Positions 34,372-47,977 of a DNA stretch of 64,000 nt are shown here, piece by piece. A model generated the notes under the pieces. It did not search any database. It saw only the letters and a list, made by a program, of their open reading frames with translations, and was not told the origin of the DNA. The position numbers and the translations under genes are program-made. The stretch comes from Prorocentrum cordatum (taxonomy: Eukaryota): positions 744,001 to 808,000 of the forward strand of contig CAUYUJ010000001.1 in assembly GCA_963575745.1 (NCBI GenBank). Direction: 5' to 3'. Within the stretch, counting starts at the first letter, position 1; every line of letters starts with the position of its first letter.

Positions 34372-37300
34372 TCTTGTCGTCGTCGTCGTCGTCGTCGTCA
34401 TCGTCGTCGTCGTTTGTCATCGTCGTCGTCGTCGTCGGGCCCGCGGCCCAGGCGCTGGCGGGCGCCTGCGGGCGTGCGGGCGCGGCGCCCTGCGCCGAGG
34501 CGGCTTGCTGGGCCCTGGCGGGCCTCTGGCGGCGCATTTGCCGCCCGCAGGACGCTTGGCAGGCCCACGTACCCAGCGCCGTCAGCGACCCAGCGGGCGC
34601 TGCCGAGGGCTGGTGGGACGCCCTCGCGCAGATGCTGGAGTGCGCCTGCGCGCTGGCTGGGTGCCTCTCGCAGCTGCACTCCTCGCCGGGCGCCGCGGCG
34701 GCGTTGGCGGCCGCGGCGGCGGGCCCCCTGTGGGGTGCAGTGGAGCCACCGCCGCAGTTCGCTGCCGCGGCGGCCACGCCTGGGACCGCTGTGGCGGTGG
34801 CGGCTTGGAGGAGCGCAGCGAGCGCATTGGCGCCGTGGGCAGCGAGCATGGCCACGGATGGCTCCGCGGGGCGTGGGACTGCAGACGAAGGCGCGTCAGA
34901 GCATTGGCCGCGCGCCCTGGCCGCGTTGGCGGCGCCGGCGCTGCTGGCGAGCGGAGGGCCGGCCGACCTGCTAAGTGCGGGCCGCACTGTGCTGCTGGTG
35001 CCCGCGCAGGTCCTTCATACCACCGTCGGGCGGCTCCTCGAAGCCGCCTCGCTGGCGCACGGCCTGAGGGAACTGCTGGACGGGGCGAGCGCAGGGTCGG
35101 CCCTCTGCGCGGCAGCGGTGGCCCACGCCGCCCTGGGCGAGCGGGCGGGCGGCAACGGAGGAGATCTGGGAGAGTCCAGTCGCGAGGTGTTCTCGCGCGC
35201 ACTCGAGGATGCAATCGTGTCGAAAGAGGGGCTACCGGCAGCCATGCCTGCGCGTGCGGTGTTCCTCCTCGCGAGCGCGGTCGGCCACCGGGTCGAGCGC
35301 GGCGACTCGGGCGCGCGAGGGCGTTGGGATGGCGTCCGCGAGCGACTCTGCGAAGGGCTTGCGCCTGCACTGGGTCGCGTGACCCAAGCCGAGTGGTCCG
35401 CGTGGGGCGGGGAGGCGCTCGCGCCCATCGTTGCGAGTGGACTCAGATGGCTGCTCGCGGGGCGCACAGCCGCCCCAGGCGGCCTAGAGGAGCTCCGCCC
35501 GCAGGCGCTGGGCTGCTCGGAGGCCGCGGTGGCCCAGCTGGTGCCCAGTTGGTCCCAGCTCGCCTACTCCCTGAGTGGTGGCCCTGGCTGCGCGGCGCTG
35601 CTGGCTGCCGCGCCCTCGACGGAGTGGCTGGTGGAGGCCCTGCTGCGGTGCCTGTCGGACGCGCGAGCCCACGAGGCCCTCGGCCCGTTGGCGCTGCTGT
35701 CGTCGCTGGCGGACGGGGACCCGAGCTGCCCCGCGATGCTCGCGCGCCTCGGCGCGGGAGCCGCCGTGGCGCGCTGCCTGCAGCGCCTGTCCACTTGCGA
35801 GCAGGGGGATGCCGCCGCCCCCGACCCTCGAGCCTTCCACCTTGGCGCCAGGCTCGTGGCGACCGCGTCGGCGGAGCTGGAGGGCGGGAGCGCCCGCGAG
35901 ATGCTCGAACTCGTCATACAGGCCGTCGACCTCGGCGGGGCGAGCCTCTGCCGCGAGGCTGCCACAGGCACTGCGCACCTGGTGCGCGCGCTCGCCGCGC
36001 TCGCGCTCCGCGGCCAGGGCGGCGCGGCCCTGCGCGCGCTGTCGGCGGCGCCCTGGCTGCGCGGCGCCGTCGGGGCCAGCCTGCGGCAGCCCCTGGCGCA
36101 AGGGGCGGACGAGAGCGGCGGCGGTGTGGCAGAGGCGTCGTTCTTGCTGGTGACGGCCGTGCTCCTGGCGGACGAGGCGGCGAGCGAGAAGGGCAGCCAG
36201 GGCGGCGTCTCCCACCTCCTCGCCGAGGTCGGCGCAGGAGCGTGGCTGGCGGCGCTGGGCCCGCGCGCGAGCGGTCGGCTGCGGGCGTGCGGCTCGCTGG
36301 CCCTGGCCGCATGGCTCTGGCTGGGGGTCGGCGGCGGCGCCGCCTGCGAGGCCGCGTGGCCTGTCCCGCCGCTGCCATCGCTGCTGCTGGTGGCCGCCTC
36401 CAGCCTGGAGGTCAGAGGAGGAAGCGAGACGGATTTCGCTGCTCGTCCAGGAGAGTCCTCGCCGCCACGGCCGGATTCTCCTCGACACTCCGGCCAGAAG
36501 GCACACCAGGAGAGGCCCGGGGATCAGCGGCATCGGTATCTCCTCGTGCCCCCCACCAGGAGAGCAGCCTCGAGGGCGGCCAGGAGGCGAGCTGCGTGCG
36601 GGACGCCAGCTCCCTGCTCTCCCTCGCGGCGCTCTCCGCGCGGCAGTTCCCGCTGCGCTCGCGCGTCTATTGGCTGAACGTGCTGAGCTGGCGGCGGCCG
36701 GTTGCCGAGCAGCTGCTGCGGCCGCGGGGGCCTACGGAGGACGCGAGCACGGCCGTGCTGCTGCTGCTGGGGCTCCTGGTGCGCAGCAGGCCCCTGTGGC
36801 TCAGGGTGGACAGGACTCGAGGAGCAAGTCATGGCATAAGCATCAGTTGTCGCACGTGCGCGCTGATTTCTTGGATCGGCGCTGGAGCCCACCCCCACGG
36901 GCGCGCGGAGCGCGCCAGGGGCGGCGCCCGCCGCCAGGGGGCTCCGAGAGCTCATGCTGATGCCATGATTTGTTCCCCGAAGGACGCTGGCGCCTGTGGC
37001 CGCGCTGGCGACGGAGGTCTGGGCACGCCATTCCAAGACCCTCATCGCGTTGCGAAAAAATCTTGACGGAAGGTGTGTGATATTTTGCAACCTGTAGGGG
37101 CCCTCACCGGGCCTCGAGTCTATCAAGAAACGACTCAGAATGGGAAGCCGGTGCTTGGGAAGCGGGTTTATGCCTGTGAGGGTCCGCCATGAAACTGTCA
37201 CGACGTCGGGGGTTTGGGGACGCAGCGGCGACGCCGGCGCGGGCATTCACGGCGGAGCGCCCTCTGGGGCGAGTCTCGGGCCCCGCGGCCCACAGGAGAG

Positions 37301-38511
37301 GCCACGGCCTGGAGCTCATGCGGGAAATGGTGTCGGCGGCCTTTGGGGACATCCTAGGGCGGATGCCGTTCAGGGCTGAACGGTTCGCGTGGTGTCATCA
37401 GGGGCAACGATAGGGGGGATGGGATAGGCACGGGGGGTGATGCATCGACCCCCAATCGCCCATTGATCGCCGGTAGGGGTCTGACATAGCCCCACCCCGC
37501 CCAGGAATGTGCGGATTCGCTACCGGGGGCCCATCGCCGATCTATCGGCGATGTAGCGCCGATTCCAAGTCGATGTTTCCCCCCCCTGTGCCAGTCGCCC
37601 CCCCCATATCGTTGCCCCTCACGTCAGTCTACACCTTCACCGGCCCCCCCATATCGTTGCCCCCCCTGTGCCAGTCGCCCCGTGTCGTCAGAAGCCAAGC
37701 CGCCAGTCTACACCTTCACCGGTCCCGGCCAGGCCAGTCTTCGGCCCAGGAGGGCCGCGGAGACCAAAAACAGCGAAGAAAGCCAGGACCCACCTCCTCG
37801 TCAGGACCTGCTTGCTTTGTGGCGAAGCGCTCAGTGAGCGTTTCCGCGTTCGGGTCTGCGGCTGCGACCGCGCTGAGCGACCGCCAGCGCCGTGGCCAGA
37901 ATTACCCGAGACGTGCCCAACCCGATTGGCTTCTCGCACAAGTGGCAGCCCCCCAGGGAGGGATAGGGAGAGGAAGAAGGGGGGGGAAGGAGGAGGAGGA
38001 GGAGAAGGAGGAGGAGGAGGAGGAGGAGAAGGAGGAGATGGATGAAGACCAGCCGCGTGTCATCGAAAACGGGGACCCCACCAAAGGAAGGGTTGGGAAC
38101 AAGTTCACCCGCCCCCTGGAGAAGGCACAACGTTAGGGGGGAATAGGCTCAGGGGGGAACGCATCCAACCCCAATCGCCCACTGGTCGTCGAATAGGGAA
38201 CAGGGGCCCGATGGCCGACCCCGCCCAGGAGCGTGAGCATTTGCTATTGGGGGCATGTCGCCAATCTATCGGCGATGTATCGCCGATCCCAGATCCCCGA
38301 AGTCATGATTTTGTTCATGGCGTGGACCCCCAGAGGTCTGGACCCCTTCCCCAGGACTGGCTTCTCACCCAGAGTACTACAGTTATTCCCAGCCGTCCCG
38401 TGGTGTTGGGTCTTAGTTTTGAAGGGACAGCGCCTCAGTATCAACATCAACATCATCATCAGCATCATCATCCTCATCACCATCACCATCACCATCACCA
38501 TAATCATCATC

Positions 38512-38543
<32 letters not shown>

Positions 38544-38558
38544 CATCATCATCAGCAA

Positions 38559-38589
<31 letters not shown>

Positions 38590-38894
38590 TTCATCATCAC
38601 CATCACCATCACCATCACCATCATCATCATCATCATCATCATCATCACCATCACCATCACCATCATCATCATCATCATCATCATCGTCATCATCATTATC
38701 ACCATCATCATCATCACTATCACCATCACAATCAGCATCACCATCATCATCATGATGATCTGCCCCATCATCAGCATCATCACCATCATCAGCATCACCA
38801 CCATCTTAATAATCGTCAGGATCACCAGCATCACCAGCATAAGCATCATCAACAGCATCATCAGCATCATCATGATCATCAGCATAACCATTGC

Positions 38895-38950
<56 letters not shown>

Positions 38951-39006
38951 GTCATGCTCATCAGTACCATTGTCATCAGCAACATCAGCATCAACATCAG
39001 CATCGC

Positions 39007-39039
<33 letters not shown>

Positions 39040-40137
39040 TATCATCATCAGTACCATTATCATCATCAGCATCATCATCATCAGTATCATCATCAGCATC
39101 AGCATCATCAAGACCATTATCATCATCACCAGCATCAGTATCAGCATGTTCATCATCATCACCATCATCACCATCATCACCATCACCAGCATCATCATCA
39201 TCATCAGCATCAGCATCATCATCATCGTCAGCATCAGCATCGTCATCACCATCATCATCATCATCATCACCATCACCATCACCATCACCATCATCATCAG
39301 CAGCATCAGCATCATCATCAGCATCAGCATCAGCATCGGCATCATCATCATCGTCGTCAGCATCATCAGCATCATCATCGTCATCATCATCAGCATCATC
39401 ATCGTCATCATCATCACCATCCCATCATCCCATCATCTCATCCACGCGTCCCCCCATCGATTTCGGCACACCGCTCACGCATTTCGTGGCCCCGTAGGGA
39501 GCTCCACCGAAGGCCCAAGTGGCGGTCTCCACCTGCGCCCTCCTCATCCACCTCGAAACACCCTCACACGCTTCGTGGCCCCGTAGGGAGCTCCACCGAA
39601 GGCCCCAGTGGGAGGGTTCGCATGGCACTTCGGCACACCCCTCGCACGCTTTGTGGCCCCACAGGGCCCCAGTGGGAGGGTTCGCATGGCACCGCCGCCC
39701 CATTTCGGCATACCCCTCGCACGCTTTGTGGCCTCATCGGCAGCTCCACCTGAGGCCCCAGTGGGAGAGTTCGCATGGCACCGCCGCCCCATTTCGGCAC
39801 ACCCCTCACACGTTCCGTGGCCCCGCGGAGTGCTCCACCTAAGGCCCCAGTGGAAGGGTTCGCATGGCGCCGCCGCCCCATTTCGGCACACCCCTCACAC
39901 GCGTAGCAGCCCCGTCCCATCTCGGCACACCCCTCGCACGCTTCGTGGCCCCATGCGGAGATCCACCGAAGGCGATACTCACAACGACGCTACTCACAAC
40001 TGCGTATGGTTGGGTCCTTCGCCAGGGAAATTGATGACCCCGAGGCCCGGCAAAGGCACTAGGAGGCCGAAGACAGTGAAACTAGAATCTTCCGCTGCGA
40101 TTCTGTCTTCCCCCCTCCCTCCTGTGACGCCGCGGGA

Positions 40138-40193
<56 letters not shown>

Positions 40194-43100
40194 TGACTAC
40201 GACGACGGCGGCGGCGGCGGCGGCGGCGGCAGCGGCGACGACGACCTAGACAGCGTCGAAGGTGGCGGATGCGGCGACGTTGACGACGACGGTGGCGTTG
40301 GCGGTGGCTGCGGCGGCGACGGCGACGGCGGCAACGGCGACGACGAGGACGACGACCCCGAAGAAGGTCCAGCCATCCGGCCCGAGGGCGCTGGCGCAGC
40401 TGCACCTGGCGAAGGCCCTCGTCTCCGCGGCCGACGCCGCGCCCCGCAGTGGCCGGGGGCCGGCCGCCTCCTACGGCTGGGACGTCGCCTCACACGAGGC
40501 CCGTCGGGGATTGCTACGTTCGTTGAGCGACGGAAATGAAAGGGTCGTCTTCGCCGACATTGGCGCGCACGCTGCCCGCGGAAGGTGGCGCGTAAGCGCC
40601 CTCGTCTCCAATGCAGCATGCCGCGCGGGCGGCCCGCGTAATGAAGCCGCCGCAGGGGGGTCGCTGTTGGGGGACCTTCCCGGGGTCCTCCCGGGGCCCT
40701 CCTAACGGATCCATTCGTCTCTGGCTCTGTCTAGTTCGTCGCAAGTTCGATTCAAGTTCGACTCCGGTTCGACCCAGGTTCGACTCAAGTTCGACTCGAG
40801 TCAACGGACGTTCGATGCACGAGTGGAGCGAGTGGTTCCAGGAAGGTCCCGGAATGAACCTCTAAGGTGCGGTCGGGAGCTGTCGGGGGCAACGATGCGG
40901 GGGGATCGGTATAGGGGGGGGGGGGGGCGCATCGACCTCGAATGGGCGATACATCGCCGATAGATCGGCGATAGGCCCCCATTGTGAATCCGCACGTTCC
41001 TGGGAAGGTTGGGGCTATCGGGCCCATATCGGCGGTCAATCGGCGATTGGGGGTCGATGCGTCCCCCCCTATGCCTATCCCCCCCTATCGTTGCCCCTCC
41101 ACTTTGGCTTAGCGTGTCGCGCCGCCCATTCTGGCCCACCAAGCTCCCGCGCGGCACGCCAAGAATTTCCAGTCCCCGACAGCCAGGACCCCGAGCTCTC
41201 CCCCGCCACCGGCCCAGCCCCGAGGAGCCCAGCGGCACGCCATATCCGTTCGCAAAGCACAGCGTGTCGCTTGGACCGCCACCACCTGGAGGGTTTCTCC
41301 GAAGGGCTTAGGCGACCCGTCCTCCTCCTCCTCCTCCTCCTCCTCCTCCTCCTCCTCCTCCTTCTCCTTCTCCTCTTCCTCCTCATCCTCCTCCTCTTCC
41401 TCCTCCTCCTGCTCCTCCTCCTCCATCTCCTCCTCCCTCCTCATCCTCCTCCTCCATCTCCTCCTCCCCCTCCCCCTCCTCCACCTCCTCTTCCTCACCC
41501 TCCTCGGGTCGCCTACTGCCCCGGGGGAAACCGTGCACCCCCACCCCGAGATCCTGGCGTCGCAACCTTTGTCACGACGGGCGATGATGCCTTGTTTCGG
41601 GCCCCGAGATCATCACAGATCAATCGGGCTCGAAGATGTCGCGACGGGCGATGATGCCTTTTTTCCGGGCCCCGAGACCATCACAGATCGATCGGTTTCG
41701 AAGAGTGGCGCAGAGATATCGGGTTCGGGCCGTTTGTCGTGATGTTTCCTCGCGTTGCTCAGTGTTTCGCGCCGTCGGGTTCAGGAGAGCTTGATGCGTA
41801 GAGACTATCCCCGCCCTGCCAAGTCGGTTGGCGAATTGCCTGGTTTCGCTTCTCGGGGGCTTCCAGGAGGGGGGTGATGACTGGGGGAGGTGGGCATCGT
41901 GGCGGGGGCCCATGAACTCTCCCCAGATTTCGCGACCCTCTTCTCGGTACGTCCGTTGCCCCCTCCACACCCCCCCCTCGTCCGGGCCGTTCCTTTGGTC
42001 CACATCGGGGAACTTGTTCGTGGCCGAGGCTCGCCGTGGCCAGAGAAGCCCCTTCGTTCCTGATGGTAGCACGATGACTGCATCGGAACGTCTTAGCGGA
42101 GGTTTTTCTTTGTTTTCGGCATCTTGGAGCCCTCGCCAGGCTTTGGGACCGTCAACAAAGCGGTCCCGAACGAAAGCAAATTGGTTCTGGGGAACAGGTC
42201 CATAGCCCCAGGGGCCCCTCAGTGAAAAAGCAAGACATCGGAGGTGTGGGATTCCGATTCGACCCGCCGGCATCAGCTGGGGCCAGCCGCTGGAGCCAGG
42301 CGTCGGCGATCCGATGTTGTCAATCCGATCCGGGTCGACTCGAATCCGTTTTTATTCCTTCCCTGGCGATGACGGGCCTCACCGGTGAGGGGGAAGGGGG
42401 CCAGTGACGTCTTGCCTGGCCTCGCCTGCCTCGCCCCCCCCGTCCCCTCCCAGCTCCCTCTTCCCCTCTCCTGTCCTCGTGTGAAGCACCGTACAATAGA
42501 ATGAAGGGGACGAGGACGACGAGAGAAGGAACACCACGACGGCGACGACGACGACAGGGGGAAGGAGAAGGAGGAGAGGGAGGATCGAGGAGGAGGAGGA
42601 GTAGGAGGAGTAGGAGTAGGAGGAGGAGGAGGAGGAGGAGGAGAAGGAGGAGGAGGAGGAAGAGGAGGAGGGACAGAGAGAGGCTCTGCCGTGGCAGATC
42701 CCTATGGGCATCTGCTATCCGAATTGTCTTTGGCTACTCATAGGCGCTCCCAGACGGCGCCAGCGCGAAATGCGAAGCGGCCTATTCGATGATGCGTCTG
42801 TTGTCGGCTCGTGCTCTGGGAGGGGATGGGGCGCTCCTGCGCACGAGGCGAAAAATGGGCCCGCCGTTGTGGTCCTCCTCGTCCTCTTCCTCTCGTGGGC
42901 AGCTGCCTCCATCCGACCACTCAGGAGAATGAAGGCAGTGCGCTGTTGCAACGGTTGGGCCGGAGGCGGCACCCGTACATCTCATGCTTTTGCGCCATTC
43001 CGCACGCCCCCAGCGCGCCGCGGCAGTGTGGCGCGCGCGTCGTTGCACAGTGAAGCACGGCGAGCAACCGCCCCTCTCGGGCAAGGTGCCCAGACCCCTC

Positions 43101-46100
43101 CCAAAGCACGAACCGATAACCGAAGTGTAATCAAGCAGCGCAGTTCGGCCTGGGCCCCAGTGTCAGTGTATCGTTTCACCGACCCCCCCTCCCCATCCTC
43201 ATCCCCCTCGAGACCCCCACCAAATTACCACCCCAGGTGGGGATACACCCCTGGAAGCCCGAAGGGAACGGCCTACATCTTCATCCAGGGGGGTAGATCG
43301 GCCAGCGGGGCCCAGGCCACGCCGCGGGGGATGGGGGTCGGATAAACGATGCTCAGAAGTGCAATCAAGCAGGTTGTTTCGGCCTGGGCCCTAGTGCCTC
43401 GCCCCTTCTCTCCTTTCGGTTCGTTCTTGCATCGTCCTGTCTTTGTGCGCAGCAGCTCGCTGTGCAGTGAGGAGGAGGAGGGCGACGAGAGACGGCAGAG
43501 GAGGAGGGAAAGGAGGAGGCAACGGGGGAGGGAAGGGACTGGATGGAGTGAAACCATGTTCAGCAATCCCCTACGTTGCGCTCAGGCATCCGTAGCTACC
43601 ATCGTAGGTCCCTGCACATATCAGTAGCATGGTGCGCATTCTGCCATCGCAGATCCTCATCGATATCTGCTAGTTGAGCCTTCTTGGCTAATCGCACGCA
43701 TGCCCCAACGTCGCCAGCACGAACCGTGACGTTACTTGGGGGGCTGGGCGGTCCGGGTCGGTAACAGCCGCTATCTGGAAATATGGAAAATGCTCTCTTC
43801 GCTGGCGGTCCGATCCGAATCCGATCTGGTTTCGCGTTTCGACTTGGCTCTGGCCTGCCAGGCCCAGCGCCCCCCCCCCCTTCACTCCACAGTGAGTCAT
43901 GAGTTCGCATGGTGATGAGCGAGCTCTGTCAACGGCGTCAGCTTGGGCCCGAAGAGTCGGCAGCACCTCATGCTTGCTTGGCACTTCAGCATATCTAGCC
44001 ATGGTCGAGATTCGCTGGCGAGTTCTCTCCCGCAGTCTCCGAGTTCCTCGTCGCGGAGCTGGCCGCTCAGAAAAAAAGGGGAATGCCCATGGGGGCTATA
44101 CGGGCGCACCCCCATCGGGGGCGGGTGCCCCCTCATCTTCTACCCCTGAGTTGGGCAATGGGTTGGTTCCAGTCGAACAGCTCCACAGAGTCTGGGATCG
44201 AGCTCGCTATGGGCAATACCTTTCCTCGGAAGTGTTTGCAGTGTCTGCATGTTGTTGTCACCGTTTGGGCGTCCTGGAGAGTTCTCGTCACTGCGGATGG
44301 GTTGCCCTAGAAGTTTTATTCAAGCACGCACGCTCGGGCATGTCCAGGAAGGTGGTTTCAGACCTCCCCCAAGGCGCCTGGTGGCCTCCTCTCCAGGTTG
44401 TTGGCCCCGTCGAGGAGGATCGAGGATCGAGGTCAAGGCTTTTGTGGATCGAGGTTCGAGGATCGAGGAGGTTCGAGGATCGAGCTTCGAGGATCAAGGA
44501 GGATCGAGGATCGAGGATCGCGGCGGGGGGCCCTCGTGGCCGAGCTGGACGCAGCGCGAGAGCGGGACGTGGATGGCGTCCCAGGGCGGAAGTCCAGTGA
44601 CCAATTCTGAACAATGTGTGCCTAGGCACTTGACGACTGTGAATGCAAGCCATGTGTTGCTTAATATGTCTCTCTCACTCCTCCTCCACCTCCTCCTCCT
44701 CCTCCTCCTCCTGCCGCCCCTCCCCCTCCCTCTCCACCTCCCCCTACCCCTTCCCCTCCTCCGTATAACGCCTTGTTTAGCAGGCGCATTGGCTGTGATC
44801 GCTTGAATTCCGACTTTTCCCGCCTACGCGCTAGATTGCGCATTGTTTCGTGCTCGTGCTCGTGCTTGCCAACTGCAGTTGGCACGTCAAAGAAGAAATC
44901 GGCATTTCAGCGGGTACACCGCGGGAGTTTCTGCTCCCCCGATGGCCCTGGGGGTCCGCAGAAGCCGTAGGCCACCTCAAAGGGAGCTCAAAGTTCGACG
45001 ACAACGTGCACCGAAAGATGTCTTTTTGCAAGATTTCTGCTCGTATGGTATAACTGTAGAAGACAATCACGCTGGAGGTTTTTGGCGTCGGGGTTTCCTT
45101 TCTGGGCCGCAGACCCGTCGGACAACAACTCGGGATTGAAAGCCGGTCCCAGGAAGGGGTCCAGAGATCCGTTGGCTGGGGACTCGGAAATATCGAGTCG
45201 TCGGAGGTCTGGGTCCGTCTTCCTTCCTCCTCTTCCTTCCCATTCCTCCCTTCTTTTCCCCACTGTTCCCTCGCCTCACTTCCAAGCCTTCTCCCATTTG
45301 TTCCTCCTCTAATCCCCCGCCGCGGCCGCCTCCAAGCGCTCCGAGCAGCTGAAGGTCGAGGCCCATTGGGAGTGAACCCCAGACTGCTGGTCTTACTTTC
45401 ATTTTCCGTGTTCCACGGCGCTCGCTTTCAGGCCATTCCTCATCTTGCAGGCCGCTCGAGCTGATTCGCTAAACAACCTCCTCCCACTGGCCTACCCCTT
45501 CCTTGGTGAGCCCATGTTCTACAACGACTACCATAGGTAGTTAGGCCGAGGGAGAAGAGAGGATGGGAATGTCTTCCTCCTCCTACTCATCCTCATCCTT
45601 CTGATCCTCCTCCTCCTTTTCCTCCTCTTTCTCCTCCTCCTCCTCCTCCTCCTCCTCCTCCTCCTCCTCATCCTCCTCCTCCTCCTCCACCTCTTCCCTC
45701 CAGCCGTTTTGGCTGTGGCGGTGAGGGCCCGCAGAGATTCCGCAGGCGCACTTCAGAGCGGCTCGTCTGCGGGGAGCCATGTCCGGGCTGTGAGCAGCTC
45801 GGGCGTTCGGCAAGGCGACGTGCCCTGCATGGGGCCTCTTGCGGTTCTTCGTGCAAGGGGCGCGGTCCTGGAGCTGCACGCCCACACGCTGGGCGAGATA
45901 CTGACCCGGGAATTCGTCAAGGCCAGCTTGGCGGACAGCGGGCACCACATCGGGGACGACCTAGGGGGTGGGTTCCCGATCGCCAAGGTCGAGGAGGCAG
46001 GCGAGGGCATGGACGTGGCGCATGTGCAGGAGTGCGGCGTGCTTCCCCCCGTCCCCGCCTTCCCGACGCTGATCCAAGGGACCCTGGATGAGGTCAACGG

Positions 46101-47386
46101 CACCATCGAGGCGGATTCCGAGCGGGTCCAGGCGACGGTGGAGGACATGCTGGAGCCCGTAAGCGTGGTCGACATCGACGGCTTACACCCCGATCGGGTC
46201 CCCGAGACGGAGGACGAGGTCAATGGCACCATCGAGGCGGACCCCGAGCGGGTCCAGGCGATGGTGGAGGACGTGTTGGAGCTTGTGAGCGAGGTCGGCT
46301 ACGACGGCGTAGGCTTCGATCGGGACTCCGAGGTCCTTTTGGGACGACGCTGAGGCTGGTTGAAGGGGCCCTGGGTGAGGTCGATGGCACCATCGAGGCG
46401 GACTCAGAGCGGTCCCAGGCGATGGTGGTGGACACGCTGGAGCCCGTGAGCGGTTTCGACAACGACGGCGTAGGCTTCGATCGGGCCTCCGAGACGGTGC
46501 AGGTCGGGACGACGATGACTGAAGGGACCTTTGGTGAGGTCAAGGACACCATCGAGGCGGATTCCATGCGGGTCCAGGCGACGATGGGGGACATGTTGGA
46601 GCCCGTGAGCGGGGTCGACAGCGGCTTGGATCGGGACTCCGAGATAGAGGAGGTCGGGACGACGCCGAGGCTGCCGACGGTGCCGCACACCTTCGAGGTC
46701 GCTAAGCAGGAGAGCGCCACGGAGAGCGAGGTGGAGCTCGGCAAGCAGCAGCGCCTTGGCTCCGTGATCAAGGCCAACCAGGAGGCCTACTCGCGGGCTG
46801 TCGCTGCGCGCGCCGCCCGCCTGGCCCAGTGGCGGCTCGCCACCGATGTGCTGGTGGGCGAGGTGCTGGAGGCCCCTGTCGGGGCGGCGGAGGTGCAGGT
46901 CGAGGGCTGCTCCGAGGTGCCGTCCGTCGCGGCCCAGGAGGTCCAGGGGTTCGATGAGGCGACTGTGGCGCTGAGCGAGTCCCGCTACCAGAGGGCGAAG
47001 GCCACGGGGCTCGGCGGGGTGCACTGGGACAGCTTCGCGCCGCGCTTGGCCGCGTTGACGCTCCTGGCCGCAGTTCCACCCGAGGGCTGAGTGGGCGGCA
47101 GCTACGCGTAGTTGCTGGGCTCGGCTCGAAAAACTTGTTATTTCTGGGGACGGCCTGGGGGCTGCCTCGGTTCGGGCCGCGGGGTCCTGGGTGCGGCCCT
47201 GGTGGCTTCGTTCGGTTGCCCGTGGGTCTCCGTCCCCGCGGGGGTGGTGGGGCCTTGGCCACGGTTCTCCCCTCTTGGGAGGTCCGTCGCTGTGGTGCAC
47301 CCACCCGTCTGGAGAAGCCCTTGGGCTCCTCGTCGCCACTCCCGCTCGCGAGCCGCAGCGTCGACGGGTGGACTTTTGTCCGCCCA

Positions 47387-47421
<35 letters not shown>

Positions 47422-47599
47422 CCTCTTCCCTCCTCCTCCTCCTCCTCCTCCTCCTCCTCCTCCTCCTCCTCCTCCTCCTCCTCCTCCTCCTCCTCCTCCT
47501 CCTCCTCCTCCTCCTCTTTCTCTTTCTCCTCCTCCTCCTCCTCCTCCTCCTCCTCGTCCTCCCCTCCTCCTCCTCTCCTCCTCCTCCTCCTCCTCCCTC

Positions 47600-47632
<33 letters not shown>

Positions 47633-47946
47633 TCCTCCTCCTCCTCCTCCTCCTCCTCCTCCTCCTCCTCCTCCTCCCCCTCCTCCTCCTCCCTCCTCCT
47701 CCTCCTCCTCCCTCCTCCTCCTCCTCCTCCTCCTCCTCCTCCTCCTCCTCTCCTCCTCCCCTCCTCCTCCTCCTCCTCCTCCTCCTCCTCCTCCTCCTCC
47801 TCCTCCTCTCCTCCTCCTCCTCCTCCTCCTCCTCCTCCTCCTCCTCCTCCTCCTCCTCCTCCTCCTCCTCCTCCTCCTCCTCCTCCCCTCCTCCTCCTCC
47901 TCCCTCTCCTCCTCCTCCTCCCTCTCCTCCTCCCTCTCCTCCTCCT

Positions 47947-47977
<31 letters not shown>

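Noticed and set aside
33719..37066. 1115-aa ORF as a single protein
   Set aside because: Mostly an Arg/Gly-rich alternative frame; only 36584-36805 looks like a real exon.
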